Origin: Edwardsiella hoshinae NBRC 105699 = ATCC 33379
Lineage (GTDB): Bacteria; Pseudomonadota; Gammaproteobacteria; Enterobacterales; Enterobacteriaceae
Assembly: GCF_000474215.1 (NCBI RefSeq)
Contig: NZ_BAUC01000010.1
Coordinates: 89,382-121,381, forward strand
Length of the DNA stretch: 32,000 nt
Direction: 5' to 3'
The notes under the pieces were generated by a model. That model ran no database searches, was not told the DNA's origin, and saw nothing but the letters and a program-made list of their open reading frames with translations. Shown here one piece after another: positions 30,844 to 32,000 of the stretch; the stretch's first letter is position 1; each line of letters starts with the position of its first letter. A program made the translations under genes and the position numbers.

Positions 30844-31863
30844 TTGGAAGAGAAATCAATGAACGCCACCATGAAAGATGTGGCGGAGTATGCCGGCGTA
30901 TCTACCGCAACGGTATCGCGGGCCTTAATGAACCCAGAGAAAGTCTCCGCCACCACTCGGCAAAAAGTGGAACAGGCCGTCTTGGCCGTCGGCTATGCCC
31001 CGCACACCTTGGCGCGTAGCAACAAACGTGGCGAATCGCGCACCATCCTGGTGATCGTCCCAGACATCTGCGATCCCTTCTTTGCCGAAGTGATCCAGGG
31101 GATCGAACGCACCGCCGCCGAGCATGGCTACCTGGTGTTGCTCGGTGACTGCGCCCAGCAGATGCAACAAGAGAAAACTTTCGTTAACTTGATCATCACC
31201 AAGCAGATCGACGGCATGTTGTTACTCGGCTCCAACATCCCTTTCGATGCCAGCAAAGAGGAGCAGCGCAATCTGCCACCAATGGTGATGGCAAACGAAT
31301 TCGCGCCAGAGTTAGAACTGCCGACGGTACACATCGATAACCTGACCGCCGCTTTCAAGGCGGTACTTTACCTGCACGATCTCGGCCACCAGCGCATCGG
31401 TTGCCTGGCTGGCCCGGAACATATGCCGTTGAGTCAATATCGTCTACAAGGTTACATCCAAGCACTACGCCGCTGCGGACTCAGCGAGGCAGGCTATGTG
31501 GCACACGGTGACTTCACCTTCGAAGCTGGCGCCAAGGCGTTAGCTCAGCTAATGAGCTTGCCACAGCCGCCCACCGCTCTTTTCTGTCATAGTGATGTGA
31601 TGGCAATCGGAGCGCTGTCCCAAGCGAAGAAAATGGGGATCCGCGTGCCCGACGATCTCTCGATCATCGGCTTCGACGACATTCGCCTCGCGCAGTATGT
31701 CGATCCGCCGCTGACTACCGTGGCCCAGCCCCGCTACCAGATCGGGCGCGAGGCCATGCTCTTACTACTGGAGCAGTTGCATCATCACCGCATCCCCAGC
31801 GGCTCACGCCTGTTGGAGAGTGAGCTGATTATCCGTGGCAGCACGGCGGTGGCGAAACGCTAG
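30844..31863 (+). CDS. cytR: LacI-family regulator CytR
   Basis: MKDVAEYAGVSTATVSRALMNPEKVSATTRQKVEQAVLAVGYAPH; position between priA and ftsN. The true start may be the internal MNATMKD. Confidence 0.95.
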   Translation: MEEKSMNATMKDVAEYAGVSTATVSRALMNPEKVSATTRQKVEQAVLAVGYAPHTLARSNKRGESRTILVIVPDICDPFFAEVIQGIERTAAEHGYLVLLGDCAQQMQQEKTFVNLIITKQIDGMLLLGSNIPFDASKEEQRNLPPMVMANEFAPELELPTVHIDNLTAAFKAVLYLHDLGHQRIGCLAGPEHMPLSQYRLQGYIQALRRCGLSEAGYVAHGDFTFEAGAKALAQLMSLPQPPTALFCHSDVMAIGALSQAKKMGIRVPDDLSIIGFDDIRLAQYVDPPLTTVAQPRYQIGREAMLLLLEQLHHHRIPSGSRLLESELIIRGSTAVAKR

Positions 31864-31929
31864 TGAATTGCACCTGAGTTCAGTAACATGGCGTCTTGAT
31901 ATTGACTATTGAGTTGTAGCGAAACGACA

Positions 31930-32000
31930 GTGGCACAAAGAGACTATGTGAGTCGCGGGCGCGCTTCGGGCGCCAAACGCAAAAGCAACGGCCGGGGAAA
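31930..32000 (+). CDS. ftsN: Cell division protein FtsN (5' part only)
   Basis: GTG GCA CAA AGA GAC TAT GTG AGT ... = MAQRDYVSRGRASGAKRKSNGRGK, matching the FtsN N-terminus downstream of cytR. Confidence 0.85.
   Translation, partial: MAQRDYVSRGRASGAKRKSNGRG

Overview
The window looks like chromosome from an enterobacterium, probably Edwardsiella-like (inference from gene content). Core genes on the left: uhpC (partial), uhpB and uhpA, a methyl-accepting chemotaxis gene, proC, idi, an AT-rich AraC-family regulator and a uspF-like gene. Core genes on the right: selC (tRNA-Sec), metL, metB, metJ, rpmE, priA, cytR and the start of ftsN. Between them is a complete-looking 9.84-kb P4-type phage satellite integrated in the 3' end of selC, bounded by an exact 21-bp direct repeat (12132-12152 and 21972-21992). 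Its gene order matches P4: att, crr-like iterons, alpha primase/helicase, small coupled early genes, a CI-like immunity leader/terminator, AlpA/Vis-like regulator, ori-like iterons, sid, ogr/delta-like, psu, cos-like sequence, cargo, int, att. The most interesting item is the cargo gene (18901-20586, + strand) in the position P4 uses for gop/beta/cII. It is a low-GC single gene encoding a 561-aa AIPR-family protein whose N-terminus carries a plausible PD-(D/E)xK nuclease motif, making it a candidate single-gene anti-phage system. Other observations include a duplicated crr with a decayed alpha-gene remnant, a single-domain Ogr-type activator, an orphan PapB-family regulator next to ATCGAT-rich palindromes, RelE/Gp49-like toxin-like genes, and an unlisted 48-aa lipoprotein.
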